NCBI GenBank assembly: GCA_032128375.1
Contig: JAQBGU010000179.1
Span: 60,511-124,510, forward strand
Direction of reading: 5' to 3'
Origin: Deltaproteobacteria bacterium
Lineage (GTDB): Bacteria; Myxococcota_A; UBA9160; SMWR01
DNA length: 64,000 nt
The position numbers and the translations under genes are program-made. Under the pieces are notes generated by a model that was given only the letters and a program-made list of their open reading frames with translations, searched no databases and was not told the origin of the DNA. Positions 30,203-40,294 of the stretch are shown piece after piece; the stretch's first letter is position 1, and each line of letters begins with the position of its first letter.

Positions 30203-31297
30203 TCAGAGGCACCGCTCGTACAGCCCGAGGTAGGCGCTGACCATCTTGTCCAGCGAGAAGTGCGCGTGCGCTCTTGTGATGCCTGCACGCCCTAAGCGCG
30301 CCGCAGCATCCGGCTCTGCCAGCACCCGCTGGATCCCGGACGCCAGCGCATTTGCGTCGCCCGAAGCAACGAGATACCCCGTCTTCCCCTCCTCAACGAC
30401 CTCCGGGACACCGCCGACACGAGTGGCAACAACCGGCAGTCCCCACGCCATCGCTTCGATGATCGCGAGCGGGAGACCCTCTGACAGAGAAGGCTGACAG
30501 AACACATCGCCGGCTCGCAGGACCCGATCGACATCGTTTCGAAGTCCCAGAAGGTGAACACGCGCGGAGATTCCAAGCTCGCCGGCCAGCCGGTGGAGGG
30601 CTTCTGCTTCCCCGCCCTCTCCCGCAATCGCAATTCGAAGCTGCGGCAGTTTCGTCGCCGCCCACAGCAGAGTCGCATGGTCCTTCACGGGGAACAGGCT
30701 CCCGACGGCGACCACCAACGGACCATCCGGTGGAACGCCCAGCTCTGCTCGAGCCTTCTCACGGCGCTCTCGGTCCGTAGGAACCTCCGGAGCGTCATCC
30801 AGCGGGATTCCAGGGTGGATGATGTGGAAGGCTTCGACAGGCAGATTGAATCCCGCGGACAGGAACTCCGCGAGATTTCGGGATACCGCGACGATCTCGA
30901 GCCCGCAGCGTCGAAGAAGCCGGTAGGCGAGGACGCGGCGGCGCTTTTCCGCCACCCGATGGCGCCCGTGAATCGTGCCGACAAGCGGAAGCCCAGCCAA
31001 CAGCGCCGCGGCGCTGGCGTAGACGTTCATTCCAAACTCATGGCTGTGTACGAGGTCGACCCGCTCCTGGCGGAGCTTGTGAGCGAATCGCACTGGCCAG
31101 GTAGGGTCGAGTCCGGGTTTTTGCGGCACGATCCACACGGGCAGATCGTATGAAGCCGCCCGTTCTGTCAGCCAGCCCTCCTCGTGACACACGATGAAGG
31201 GGTCGTGCCCCGCCGACCGGAGCCGATCGCCCAACAAGACGACCAAATTCTCCGCTCCGCCGGGTTCGGCACACTCGATTGCGAGAACGACTCGCAT
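30203..31297 (-). CDS. GT4 glycosyltransferase
   Basis: GGAE, VGSLFPVKDH, PSLSEGLPLAIIEAMA. Confidence 0.92.
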   Translation of the reverse strand: MRVVLAIECAEPGGAENLVVLLGDRLRSAGHDPFIVCHEEGWLTERAASYDLPVWIVPQKPGLDPTWPVRFAHKLRQERVDLVHSHEFGMNVYASAAALLAGLPLVGTIHGRHRVAEKRRRVLAYRLLRRCGLEIVAVSRNLAEFLSAGFNLPVEAFHIIHPGIPLDDAPEVPTDRERREKARAELGVPPDGPLVVAVGSLFPVKDHATLLWAATKLPQLRIAIAGEGGEAEALHRLAGELGISARVHLLGLRNDVDRVLRAGDVFCQPSLSEGLPLAIIEAMAWGLPVVATRVGGVPEVVEEGKTGYLVASGDANALASGIQRVLAEPDAAARLGRAGITRAHAHFSLDKMVSAYLGLYERCL

Positions 31298-31479
31298 TTT
31301 GAACTTCGCGCCCTCCGTTCAACCGAGCCCGCCGCAGAGTAGCGTCGTTGGCTCGAAACGCGCAGACAGCGTCCATGCACGCCGCAGACAACGTACAGGA
31401 ACAGGCGCGCGAGTGTGCGCGCCTCGCTGATCCGCTGCGGGCGCGTACGAGCCCAATTCGGGCGCGCCCGAAGATCCTC

Positions 31480-32164
31480 CGGTCGCGTGGCGCAGATCCG
31501 GCGTCCGAAGATGTCCAGATTACGAGTTGACGCATCTGCATTAGTTGAATCCGGCCGGGTTCATGGCTACAGGTCCGGAACTGGCTTGATTCACCATGTC
31601 GCTTTGCAGTGCCTTTTCGCAGCGCGGTTGGTTGTGTGCTTCAACCGGAGAATGATTCGGCGCAATGGGCTGAGAGGGTAGTTGCGGTGGGGCGCGCATC
31701 CCAGCGGTCGGATCGGAGAAGATCCCCTCGGCGCCCCCGACAACCTGATGCCGTACGTCACGCAGGTGGCGGCAGGCAAACGCGATTTCGTCCGCGTATT
31801 CGGCTCGGATTACCCCACACCAGACGGAACCGGCATCCGCGACTACATCCACGTGGTCGACCTGGCAAAGGGGCATCTGGCCGCACTCGACTCGTTGCTG
31901 AACGTTCGCGAGTACACAGTCGTCAACCTCGGGACCGGCAAGGGCAGCAGTGTGTTGCAGCTCATCAAGGAGGTGCGCTCAGTGGTCGGTCGTGACATTC
32001 CCTTCGAGATCGTCGACCGCCGCCCCGGTGACATCGCAGAGGTCTGGGCCAATCCAGAGTTCGCCTCGCGGAAGCTTGGCTGGCGCGCGACACGAGGTCT
32101 GGCCGAGATGTGCCAAGACGCGTGGCGCTGGCAATCCGCGAACCCCGACGGATACCGAAGCTAG
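31480..32164 (+). pseudogene. galE: UDP-glucose 4-epimerase pseudogene (intact 3' half, decayed 5' half)
   Basis: GAHPSGRIGEDP...NLMPYVTQVA.GKR...FG.DYPTPDGTGIRDYIHVVDLAKGH; in-frame TAG at 31679-31681; no GxxGxxG or YxxxK. Confidence 0.85.
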
Positions 32165-32255
32165 AGACACGACCGTCCGAGCTTACAACCCGGCTGCACC
32201 CTCGAGATTCAGAGCGTGTTGTGGCGAACAGCGTACTCGCCGGCTGGGCGCCCTC

Positions 32256-33296
32256 TCAGTTGGAAAAGTAGCGACGCACCCGCGGGCCCAGAACGCCGGC
32301 AACCGGCACCGGCAGGTGGGTCCACAGCGACGAGACCCGGCTCAGCAATGCGCTCGGGTTGCCGACCTTCATCGCGACGGCATCACCCAAAGGCGACAGA
32401 CGAATCCAGGCGAACGGCTCCTCGTGCGCGCCCCAGCCCAGCTTGAAGCGATGCGTGCCACTGTCGCGCGGAGAGCGGCCGAAGTCGAACACGCTGGCCC
32501 GGCGCTCGATGGCCCATCGCAGAGCCTCCCAGTAGATGAGGTTGTTCGGGCAGCGCTGCCGTTCCGAGCGCAGCGTGGAGGCCCACGGGACCGTGACTGC
32601 GGGTCCATAGCGAATCGCCACGAGCCCACCGACTGGCCGATCGCCGTGGCGCGTGACGAGGAAGCGAAGCCGATCACCGAAATGGCGAGCCGCGGCCTGG
32701 AAGAAACCTCGCGCATGGACCGGCGACCCGAGGTCACGCATGTTCACCTCGAAGGGCCCGTAGAAGGCATCGCACAGCTCCGGGGGCGTGCCCTCTGCGA
32801 GTTCGAGGCCCTCGCGCTCCGCCTTGCGGGTCTGGTTGCGCACTTTGGCCCTGAGCGCGCTCCACTGCGCTTCGGCATCGGACTCGAGCGAGAGCACCAG
32901 GTTGACGCGATCCACCGAGGAATCCTCAGGCTCTCCAGCCAGGGCCTTGGGCTGACGCAGCTCGAGCGCAGCGGAGCGGCTGGTCTGCATGAGGTCGACG
33001 GCGGCTGTCCGCAGCGCCGCGACCACCTCCGGGTCGCGGGCCAGGATTCCGGCGGCGTCGAGATAGGGGAGAGAGATCAGTTCGGAGCGTCCCAGCGGTG
33101 TGCGGAAGTGGACCAGGGGCAGTATGCCCACCAGCTCGCCAGTCGCGCCACGGGCCGCCAGATAGCACGGCTCCAGGCGATACGCGTCGCGGAAGACGGA
33201 CGCCCAAGCGGCTGCGTGACCGACACAGACGCCGGCTGTCGACTCTGCGAATTCATCCCACTCGGTGCCCGGGTCGTCGATTTTCTCAATCTGCAT
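32256..33296 (-). CDS. FemAB-like GNAT protein, PEP-CTERM/XrtA-system associated
   Basis: WDEF...H...W, SLPY...G, K.RNQ.RKA, FDFGRS...SGT..FK..WG. Confidence 0.88.
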   Translation of the reverse strand: MQIEKIDDPGTEWDEFAESTAGVCVGHAAAWASVFRDAYRLEPCYLAARGATGELVGILPLVHFRTPLGRSELISLPYLDAAGILARDPEVVAALRTAAVDLMQTSRSAALELRQPKALAGEPEDSSVDRVNLVLSLESDAEAQWSALRAKVRNQTRKAEREGLELAEGTPPELCDAFYGPFEVNMRDLGSPVHARGFFQAAARHFGDRLRFLVTRHGDRPVGGLVAIRYGPAVTVPWASTLRSERQRCPNNLIYWEALRWAIERRASVFDFGRSPRDSGTHRFKLGWGAHEEPFAWIRLSPLGDAVAMKVGNPSALLSRVSSLWTHLPVPVAGVLGPRVRRYFSN

Positions 33297-33468
33297 TCGG
33301 GCGCGCAGTATACCGGCGCGCGTTGAGGATGCCGGATCGGGAGCGCGGGCGATGTCCACCAGGCCTAAATCCATCAGAGACTGACCGGTCTCGAGCGGGG
33401 TGATTCATCGCTGGCACTCAGCTGATGGCGCGAAGCGTTCCTCGCTCATATTCGACGCGACATGGGCG

Positions 33469-34560
33469 CTATCGAGACGCCGTGGGCCTAAATACATCGA
33501 CCAACGCTTTGCAGTATTGGACCACCGCGGCCACTTTGTGGGGCGCCGTCTTGCCGCTGCGCACAACGACCAGGTCGAGCTTGGGGCTGATCAGGATGCG
33601 CTGCCCGCCCATGCCGCTGCAGTAAAAGATGCCCAGACTGCCGGGAATGACCCAGAAGTGGGCGCCATAGATTCCGTCGGATTGGGGTGACGGCGTGCGG
33701 CAGTAATCGACCCAACCCTCGGGCAGGACCCGCTCTCCATCCCAGATGCCGTCTCGTAGATACAAGTAGCCGAAGCGCGCGAAGTCGCGGGGGCTGCAGT
33801 AGCAGTGGCTCGAGCCGATGAAATTGCCGGCCTCGTCGAACTTGGGGTCGGCGGTCTTCATGCCGAGCCGATTGAAGAGTTCACGCTTCATGAAAGCCAG
33901 CATCTGCTCCTGGCCGCCTCCGACCGTTTCCGATACCAGCCGGGCCAACAGGTTGCTGCCACCGCTGTTGTAGTTCCATCTTGTTTCGGGCTCTGCCTGA
34001 TAGGGCAGAGTCGACGCAAAGCCAGCAACGTCCTTCTTGCCGTCCCCGAATAACATGGGGATCACGTCAGACTCGTCTTCTGGGTAGTAGCGCACCGAAC
34101 CGCCACCCAGGTGCTCGGCCTCGCGGAAGCGCAGCCCGTCCACCATCCGCAGCAGCTGGTCGATCGTAATTCGGCTGCGCTTGTCGTCAGGGCTCCACTC
34201 CTTCACGGCAATCGGCTTGGTGATATCGAGCTTGCCCTGATGGACCAGGATCGCGATCAGACTATTGGTGATGCTCTTGGCCATGGACCACGAGAGGAAC
34301 GCGTCGTCGGGGCCCGCGTCGTGGGCATAGCGCTCGGCGACTATGGCGCCCCGTTGGACGATTACGACGCCGTGGGTGCGATCGAGGTCGTCGGGCTCGG
34401 GGTCGGTAAACGCGTGGTCGAGCAGCGCATCGAGTGCGGCGCGATCGACACGCGAATCGAGTGGAGCGTGGGGCCAGGCTTCGGTAGGCCAAGCAAGATC
34501 TGGCGGCTGAGAAGGAAGGGCCTGGAGCTTCGTCTTCAGTGTGGTGGCGGGAACAGTCAT
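33469..34560 (-). CDS. Serine hydrolase, beta-lactamase class C-like
   Basis: SWSMAKS (SxxK), YNS, PRDFARFG.LYL..G.W.G, G.GGQ. Confidence 0.9.
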   Translation of the reverse strand: MTVPATTLKTKLQALPSQPPDLAWPTEAWPHAPLDSRVDRAALDALLDHAFTDPEPDDLDRTHGVVIVQRGAIVAERYAHDAGPDDAFLSWSMAKSITNSLIAILVHQGKLDITKPIAVKEWSPDDKRSRITIDQLLRMVDGLRFREAEHLGGGSVRYYPEDESDVIPMLFGDGKKDVAGFASTLPYQAEPETRWNYNSGGSNLLARLVSETVGGGQEQMLAFMKRELFNRLGMKTADPKFDEAGNFIGSSHCYCSPRDFARFGYLYLRDGIWDGERVLPEGWVDYCRTPSPQSDGIYGAHFWVIPGSLGIFYCSGMGGQRILISPKLDLVVVRSGKTAPHKVAAVVQYCKALVDVFRPTASR

Positions 34561-34702
34561 GGTGGAGAGGATAGTGCGACGAACCTGGGTATGGGGAGGG
34601 GACTGCATCAAAGACAGGAGTGTGAGCCGAGGCGGTCCCTTTTTGAAGCGGAGGACGCGCGACGAGTAGCTGGCCGCGATCGGATTGGGCAGTATGCGTG
34701 TC

Positions 34703-35428
34703 ATGTCGGTGCGAACGAATGAGCTGGGTCAGCCGATCGGCAACCCGGTTTCCGACTGGGTGCGACGGCCGCGGCCGTCGCGCACACCGATGCAGGGGCG
34801 CCTGTGCCGCGTCGAGCCATTGCGTGCGACCGCTCACGCGGCCGTCCTGCACGAGTCCCACGCGCTCGACGCCGAGGGTCGCAACTGGACCTACCTGCCG
34901 TACGGACCGTTCGGCTCGGAACAGGAGTACCGCGGGTGGGTCGAGTCAAAAGAGTCGCTCGACGATCCGGTGTTTTACGCGATCGTTGCGGCCCCGGAAG
35001 AGCGTCCGGTCGGTGTCGCGAGCTATTTGCGCATCGATCCCGACATGGGAGTCATCGAGGTGGGCCACCTGAGCTACTCGCCCGCGCTGCAGCGAACCGC
35101 GGCCGCAACCGAGGCCATGTATCTGATGATGCGACACGCCTTCGATGACCTCGGCTACCGCCGTTACGAGTGGAAGTGCGACAGTCACAATCATCCGTCG
35201 CGCAACGCCGCGCTGCGACTCGGATTTCGGTTCGAGGGAATCTTCAAGCAGGCCGTAGTGATGAAGGGCCGGAACCGGGACACCGCCTGGTATTCGATTA
35301 CCGACGCGGAGTGGCCCGAGCTGCGCAGGGCGCTCGCGGATTGGCTCGACCCGGGAAACTTCGACGCCGAGGGTCGCCAGAAAACGCGGCTGGAGTCGCA
35401 GCTCGCCGCCCGCCCGCCACGCATTTGA
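34703..35428 (+). CDS. GNAT N-acetyltransferase, RimJ/RimL family
   Basis: IEVGHL, GYRRYEWKCD..N..S..AA.RLGF.FEG.F, KGRNRDTAWYSI. Confidence 0.9.
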   Translation: MSVRTNELGQPIGNPVSDWVRRPRPSRTPMQGRLCRVEPLRATAHAAVLHESHALDAEGRNWTYLPYGPFGSEQEYRGWVESKESLDDPVFYAIVAAPEERPVGVASYLRIDPDMGVIEVGHLSYSPALQRTAAATEAMYLMMRHAFDDLGYRRYEWKCDSHNHPSRNAALRLGFRFEGIFKQAVVMKGRNRDTAWYSITDAEWPELRRALADWLDPGNFDAEGRQKTRLESQLAARPPRI

Positions 35429-35461
35429 TTGGGGTCGCCTGCAGGCGGTATCCTCAGGTCA

Positions 35462-36796
35462 ATGCCGGACGAGACGCTTGATTCTGGGACTACGCCCGAG
35501 ATCGTCATTGTCGGCGCGGGCCCCGCCGGCGCGCTACTCGCTCACATTTTGTTGAGTCAGGGAATTCACGTCACGCTGATCGAGCGTCAGAAGGATTTCG
35601 CGCGAGAATTTCGAGGCGAGGTGTTGATGCCCAGTGGTGTCGCGGCGTTTGAGACCGCCGGCCTCGCAGACTTGTTATTCGAGACACCCACCACGCGACC
35701 CTGCGCGGTCGAACTCTACTACCGCGACCGCAAGGCGGCGCGCATCGATTTCGAGGACATCGGCGAATCTGGTCCGGTGATCGTCTCGCAACCCGACCTG
35801 CTCGAGGCGCTGGTCGCGCGCTGCTCTCAGATGCCGGGCTTTCGTTTTCTGCGCGGCACGACGGTGACTGAATTGTCACGTCGAGGCGGACGCATCGACG
35901 GCATCGTTACGAACGAAGGAGACCACTATCCCGCCGCGCTCGTGGTCGGCACGGACGGTCGCGGTTCGATCGTCCGAAGGCGTGCCGGCCTACACCTGGA
36001 GGAGTCGACCGAGGCGTTCGACGTCGTCTGGTTCAAATGCCCCTATCCGGAATCGCTTGCCGAACGCGGCCGTCCGGTGATGGTCAGCGTCGGCGGTGGT
36101 CACCTGTACATCAGCTATCTAACAGCGAAGGGTCGGCTGCAGATGGCCTCGGTAATTGCCAAGGGGAGCTACCGCAACATCCGCGAAGGGGGCCTCGACG
36201 GATGGTTCGACGAGATCCGGCACAGAGTCCCAGCCGAACTCGGCGACTTCGCTCTCGCCCACCGCGACCAGATCACCGATCCGTTCGTGTTGAATGTCGT
36301 GTGCCACATGTTGCCGTGCTGGACCGTGCCCGGGGCGCTGCTATTGGGTGATGCGGCCCATCCGATGTCGCCCGTGGGAGGGCAGGGGATCAACATCGCG
36401 CTGCGCGACGTGATCGTCGCAGCCAACGAGCTCGTGCCAGTGTTGCTAGCGGGCGGCGGCGGGGCTGCTATCGACTCGGCCTGCGCGCAGGTCGAACGAA
36501 AGCGCATACCCGAAGTCGAGATGATCCAACGCTTCCAACGCATGCCGCCGCGACTGTTGTTTCGCGGTAGCTGGTGGTCCGAAGCGCTGCTCCGCTTCGG
36601 GTTGATGCTCGCGGGCAGCGGGCTCGCGCAGCGCAGCGGGCGCATACCAGCGGTGGCCCAGATCCTGCTCTACGGCGACGGCGAGGTGAAGCTCGAGCTC
36701 CAGGAGTCTGAGAGCGCCAGCTCTGGCGCGCAGGCGACGACGGTGAAGAATTCGCCCCAGATCGACTCTGGGCCACCAAAGAGTCAGAGCCGATAG
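35462..36796 (+). CDS. FAD-dependent oxidoreductase/monooxygenase (UbiH-like)
   Basis: IVGAGPAG, REFRGE, VGTDGRGS, GDAAHPMSPVGGQGIN. Confidence 0.9.
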   Translation: MPDETLDSGTTPEIVIVGAGPAGALLAHILLSQGIHVTLIERQKDFAREFRGEVLMPSGVAAFETAGLADLLFETPTTRPCAVELYYRDRKAARIDFEDIGESGPVIVSQPDLLEALVARCSQMPGFRFLRGTTVTELSRRGGRIDGIVTNEGDHYPAALVVGTDGRGSIVRRRAGLHLEESTEAFDVVWFKCPYPESLAERGRPVMVSVGGGHLYISYLTAKGRLQMASVIAKGSYRNIREGGLDGWFDEIRHRVPAELGDFALAHRDQITDPFVLNVVCHMLPCWTVPGALLLGDAAHPMSPVGGQGINIALRDVIVAANELVPVLLAGGGGAAIDSACAQVERKRIPEVEMIQRFQRMPPRLLFRGSWWSEALLRFGLMLAGSGLAQRSGRIPAVAQILLYGDGEVKLELQESESASSGAQATTVKNSPQIDSGPPKSQSR

Positions 36797-37800
36797 ACCC
36801 GAACCGCCGTGTCGTGAAACAACGCAGCTCGTTCGCTCGCCTGGAAACTCTGGGTCAGACGCTTGAAGCAGTTCCACAGAACCGTGTAGGAACACGACGC
36901 CTTGTCGACTGGGAAATTGCTCTCGAACATGCAGCGCTCGGGGCCGAACTCCTCGATGCAGTGGAGATAATACGGCCCCAGGGTTTCCGCGAGTTCTTCG
37001 GAAGACGGTGGCTTTGGGCGCTTGTGCCAGCCGAAGCCACAGATCGGCATCTTCAGTCCGCCGAGTTTCACGCTGACGTTGGGACAGCGCGCAAGCGAGC
37101 TGATCGATCCCTGCCAGTCGGAAAACACCTCACCGCGTAGCCCTTCGAATGGACCGATACCCAGCGGACCGCCCACGTGATCGAGAACGATCGTCGTGCC
37201 CTCGAATGCCTGGGCGAGGTCCGTGAGCTCGTCGATCTGGGTGTGGAACAGCCACGCGTCGAACGAGAGACCGTGCGACGCGAGGCGCGCGAAACCTTCC
37301 CGAAATTTGGGCTCCGCCAACATGTGGGGCGGTGGGGCGGAGTGCGAACGGCGAATCTGATCGCTCGCGTGCCACGCCGCAGAGTGTCGGATGCCGCGGA
37401 AGCGATTCGGGCTGGCAGCGACATGTGCTGCAAGCACCTCATCTACGGCCGCGCCGAGCAACAGGTTCGCGTGGCCAACGATGCCAGCATTCGCCCGCAT
37501 CGCGCCGTATCCGCCGCTCGCACTCTGCGCGGCAACGCCCTGCACGAACTCAGTCTCTCCGACGGGTCGAAGCGGCTTCTCCCCGTCGGCGCGATACATC
37601 GACCCGCATTCCACGAACACTGTCTTCACGATGCGATGAGCGCTCGTATCCGATAGCAGCTCGTCCAACAGGTATCGACTTCCCGGGTGATCCCACAGGT
37701 GATGGTGTGGATCGCAGATCGGGAGATCCGGATCGAGAGCCTCCTCTTCTCCGGAAGCCAGCCACGCTTCCCTGGTTGCCTGCGTCTGGGTCGCACTCAT
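36784..37800 (-). CDS. Amidohydrolase family 2 protein (lactonase-like)
   Basis: DPHHHLW, FRGIRH, VLDHVG, FESNFPVD; GAGGAG RBS before 37800. Confidence 0.9.
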   Translation of the reverse strand: MSATQTQATREAWLASGEEEALDPDLPICDPHHHLWDHPGSRYLLDELLSDTSAHRIVKTVFVECGSMYRADGEKPLRPVGETEFVQGVAAQSASGGYGAMRANAGIVGHANLLLGAAVDEVLAAHVAASPNRFRGIRHSAAWHASDQIRRSHSAPPPHMLAEPKFREGFARLASHGLSFDAWLFHTQIDELTDLAQAFEGTTIVLDHVGGPLGIGPFEGLRGEVFSDWQGSISSLARCPNVSVKLGGLKMPICGFGWHKRPKPPSSEELAETLGPYYLHCIEEFGPERCMFESNFPVDKASCSYTVLWNCFKRLTQSFQASERAALFHDTAVRVYRL

Positions 37801-37991
37801 CAGCTCCTCCTCGGTTCGCCGGTCGTGGTTGGACCCGCTCGGGCCCGGTCGTCGTACTCTTAGCCGCGAACCCGCGTTCGCGCGACGTGAGCCATGGCCG
37901 ATGACAGGCTGGAATGGACTTTGCGGACGTGTACCATCCCCCTCAGCGTCCACCCGACCCTCCAACGTCCCTCCAAAGATAGGAGCATCTG

Positions 37992-38432
37992 ATGGCCGAT
38001 TTCAGTGCGATTCCGTGGATCGCAGAACACATCGCGCTGTACCGGACCGACCCGGAAAAAGCACATATGTGGGACTCGGGGGCGCTCGGCGGGCCCGGAC
38101 ACCTGCCGACTCTTCTGCTGACGACGAAGGGACGGAAATCCGGTGAGCCCAGGGCGTTGCCGCTGATTTATGGCGTATCCGACGACTGCTATGTCGTGAT
38201 TGCGTCAAAGGGTGGCATGCCGAACCATCCGGTTTGGTTCCTGAACCTCGAGGCGACTCCCGAGTGCCATTTGCAGGTCGGCGTGAAGCAGCTCTCGGCA
38301 CGTGCCCGGGTCGCAGAAGGCGCCGAACGCGAGCAGCTCTGGAAGAAGATGGTCGAGATCTATGCGCCCTACACCGATTATCAAAAGGCGACCGAGCGAA
38401 CGATTCCAGTGGTAGTACTGGAAGCGATCTGA
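37992..38432 (+). CDS. Deazaflavin (F420)-dependent nitroreductase family protein (Ddn-like)
   Basis: LLLTT.GRKSG..R..PL, ASKGG...HP.W..NL, Y..YQ..T.R.IPVV.L. Confidence 0.9.
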   Translation: MADFSAIPWIAEHIALYRTDPEKAHMWDSGALGGPGHLPTLLLTTKGRKSGEPRALPLIYGVSDDCYVVIASKGGMPNHPVWFLNLEATPECHLQVGVKQLSARARVAEGAEREQLWKKMVEIYAPYTDYQKATERTIPVVVLEAI

Positions 38433-38538
38433 TCATCGACTCGCGCTGCGCCTGCCTTCGGTTCGGGTCGATGGGTGACGGAGCCGTCGGCTTCATCGCT
38501 GGAGCGACCGACCTCGTTCCCGCGCCAACTGATCGGGA

Positions 38539-38943
38539 CTATTGCGTCGGTATCTTTCGAATGTCGTCCAGGTCACCGAGCCATGTCACCGCCGAGCGAC
38601 ACCAGACTTGCGCGACCGGACGCAGCTCAGCGCGCTGAGAGAGGGTTCCGACGCGGACACTGTAGGAGGTCGGCCCATCCCGCTGCGTGATGCCGTAGAC
38701 GTGGGTTCCACAACTCGCACAAAAAGCCAGCCCCCGCGTCCGGCCGCTCTCGGCCACCTTTTCGTAGATCACGGGTGACCCTTCGAGCAGTCTGAAGTGG
38801 TCCTCGGGAACGAAGACGCCGATTCGAAATGCTGAACTCGAAAAAGTCTGGCAATCGGTGCAGTGACAAATCCCGATCCGATTCGGCTCGATCTCCGCTT
38901 CGAAGCGGATGGCTCCGCAGTGGCAGCTCCCATCGACATGCAT
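38539..38943 (-). CDS. GFA/CENP-V family Zn protein
   Basis: GSCHCGA, CHCTDCQ, FCASCGT. Confidence 0.9.
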   Translation of the reverse strand: MHVDGSCHCGAIRFEAEIEPNRIGICHCTDCQTFSSSAFRIGVFVPEDHFRLLEGSPVIYEKVAESGRTRGLAFCASCGTHVYGITQRDGPTSYSVRVGTLSQRAELRPVAQVWCRSAVTWLGDLDDIRKIPTQ

Positions 38944-38986
38944 CGCGGTTCCCTCCCCCCAAAGCGATTGCTTGGGGTGCCCATGT

Positions 38987-39433
38987 TCACTGCGTGGTGA
39001 CACGCGGCTCCAACCGGAAGACGGTCGCCTCGCTGCGCTGATCGGGCTCGGGCTCGAAGTCGTATTTTTTCTGGACCGCTGCAAGGAACGCGTCGATCTC
39101 GGCTTCGCGATCGGTTCGCACCGCGCGCAGTTCGAAGATCGAATCGCCGATCTTCAGTCGGACGTCCGGATCTTCGGCGATGCGCAGTACCCAAGCGTTG
39201 GACGCGTCACCGGCAGCGATGTAAAAGTGCTCCCCGATCCCCACACCCCAGACGTTCACCGAGTACGGGTCATCGGAGCGCGTCTCGAGCTGCACCGTGT
39301 CGACTGGGTCAGAGAACGTCCAATTGTTTGGGTAGGGGGTCAGCGTGCCGGTCAGCTCTCCTCCGGGAAGAATCAAGATGGGGCCACACCCGATGACGAC
39401 GCATGCGATCAGCAGAGCGGTCGGCGCTTTCAA
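38987..39433 (-). CDS. Hypothetical exported/lipoprotein, DUF2255-like split barrel
   Basis: Hydrophobic N-terminus ending ..IGC; PYSVN.W.V....YIA, W......P.VRLKIG. Confidence 0.6.
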   Translation of the reverse strand: MKAPTALLIACVVIGCGPILILPGGELTGTLTPYPNNWTFSDPVDTVQLETRSDDPYSVNVWGVGIGEHFYIAAGDASNAWVLRIAEDPDVRLKIGDSIFELRAVRTDREAEIDAFLAAVQKKYDFEPEPDQRSEATVFRLEPRVTTQ

Positions 39434-39505
39434 GAAACGGTCTCCTGGTCGACGACCTGGCTGCGCGGCCGACAGGGTCGTGGGCTACTCGAGAACAGAG
39501 CGCGT

Positions 39506-39964
39506 CTAGAATTTCAGCAGAACCCCGATCGTGATTCCGGCTAGCAGGACGCCGACTCCCACCACCACGGCGGAGGTCAGCTGAATCGAGCGCTTCACTT
39601 CGAGGGCCATGGTGGACATTCTGAGCAGCAGCTCGGTCTCGAGCCCGCGGATTCCGCGGCCGATGGCTTCGAGCAACTTCGCCTCGCGCTCCACGATCTC
39701 AGCCGAGAATCGATCGTCCAACGCGTCGACGGTTACCTGGAGGGACGAGAGCTTCTCCTGAAGCGCAACAGAAGCGTCGACCCGCGACGACAACTGTTCC
39801 AAGTCAATATCGACCTCTGTGACGACCGGGAGGGGCTCGGGCACCTCCGCGGAGCGACGCCTGGGGATCCAGCCAAGCAACCGTTCGCGCAGCCCACCTG
39901 CTTCGGCTTGGTGCGAGTCGCGCTCACGTTGCGCGCGCATTACCGCTTCATAGACCTTGCTCAT
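39506..39964 (-). CDS. Hypothetical coiled-coil protein with C-terminal TM helix
   Basis: AGGAG RBS, MSKVYEA start, heptad-like middle, hydrophobic tail. Confidence 0.65.
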   Translation of the reverse strand: MSKVYEAVMRAQRERDSHQAEAGGLRERLLGWIPRRRSAEVPEPLPVVTEVDIDLEQLSSRVDASVALQEKLSSLQVTVDALDDRFSAEIVEREAKLLEAIGRGIRGLETELLLRMSTMALEVKRSIQLTSAVVVGVGVLLAGITIGVLLKF

Positions 39965-40294
39965 GGATTCTCTCCTTGCACTGCACTGCCCGGCCTCGCC
40001 ACGGTTGCTGGTCTGGGCGTGCATTCCCAAATCCCATTCTACACGAATCACTTACGGGAAGCCGTTGTTTTCGCTAGGTGCGGTCAACCCGAGGGCTCAG
40101 CCCGAGCGGGGATGCGCCCGAAATCGAGTGCTGCAATCTACTCTCGACGCGTTGTGCTGATGGTGCCGAAACAACTCGCTCGATGGGCGTGTAAGTGTGC
40201 AAGCGTGTAAGAAAGGCGGTCTTCATGAACAACCAGGGCGAAAGTTGTCCACCGGCTGCGCGGAGAGGTACAGCACAGGGGTACGAGAGGGGAT

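Noticed and set aside
31950..33326. 458-aa + strand ORF
   Set aside because: Antisense to the FemAB-like gene; no motifs.
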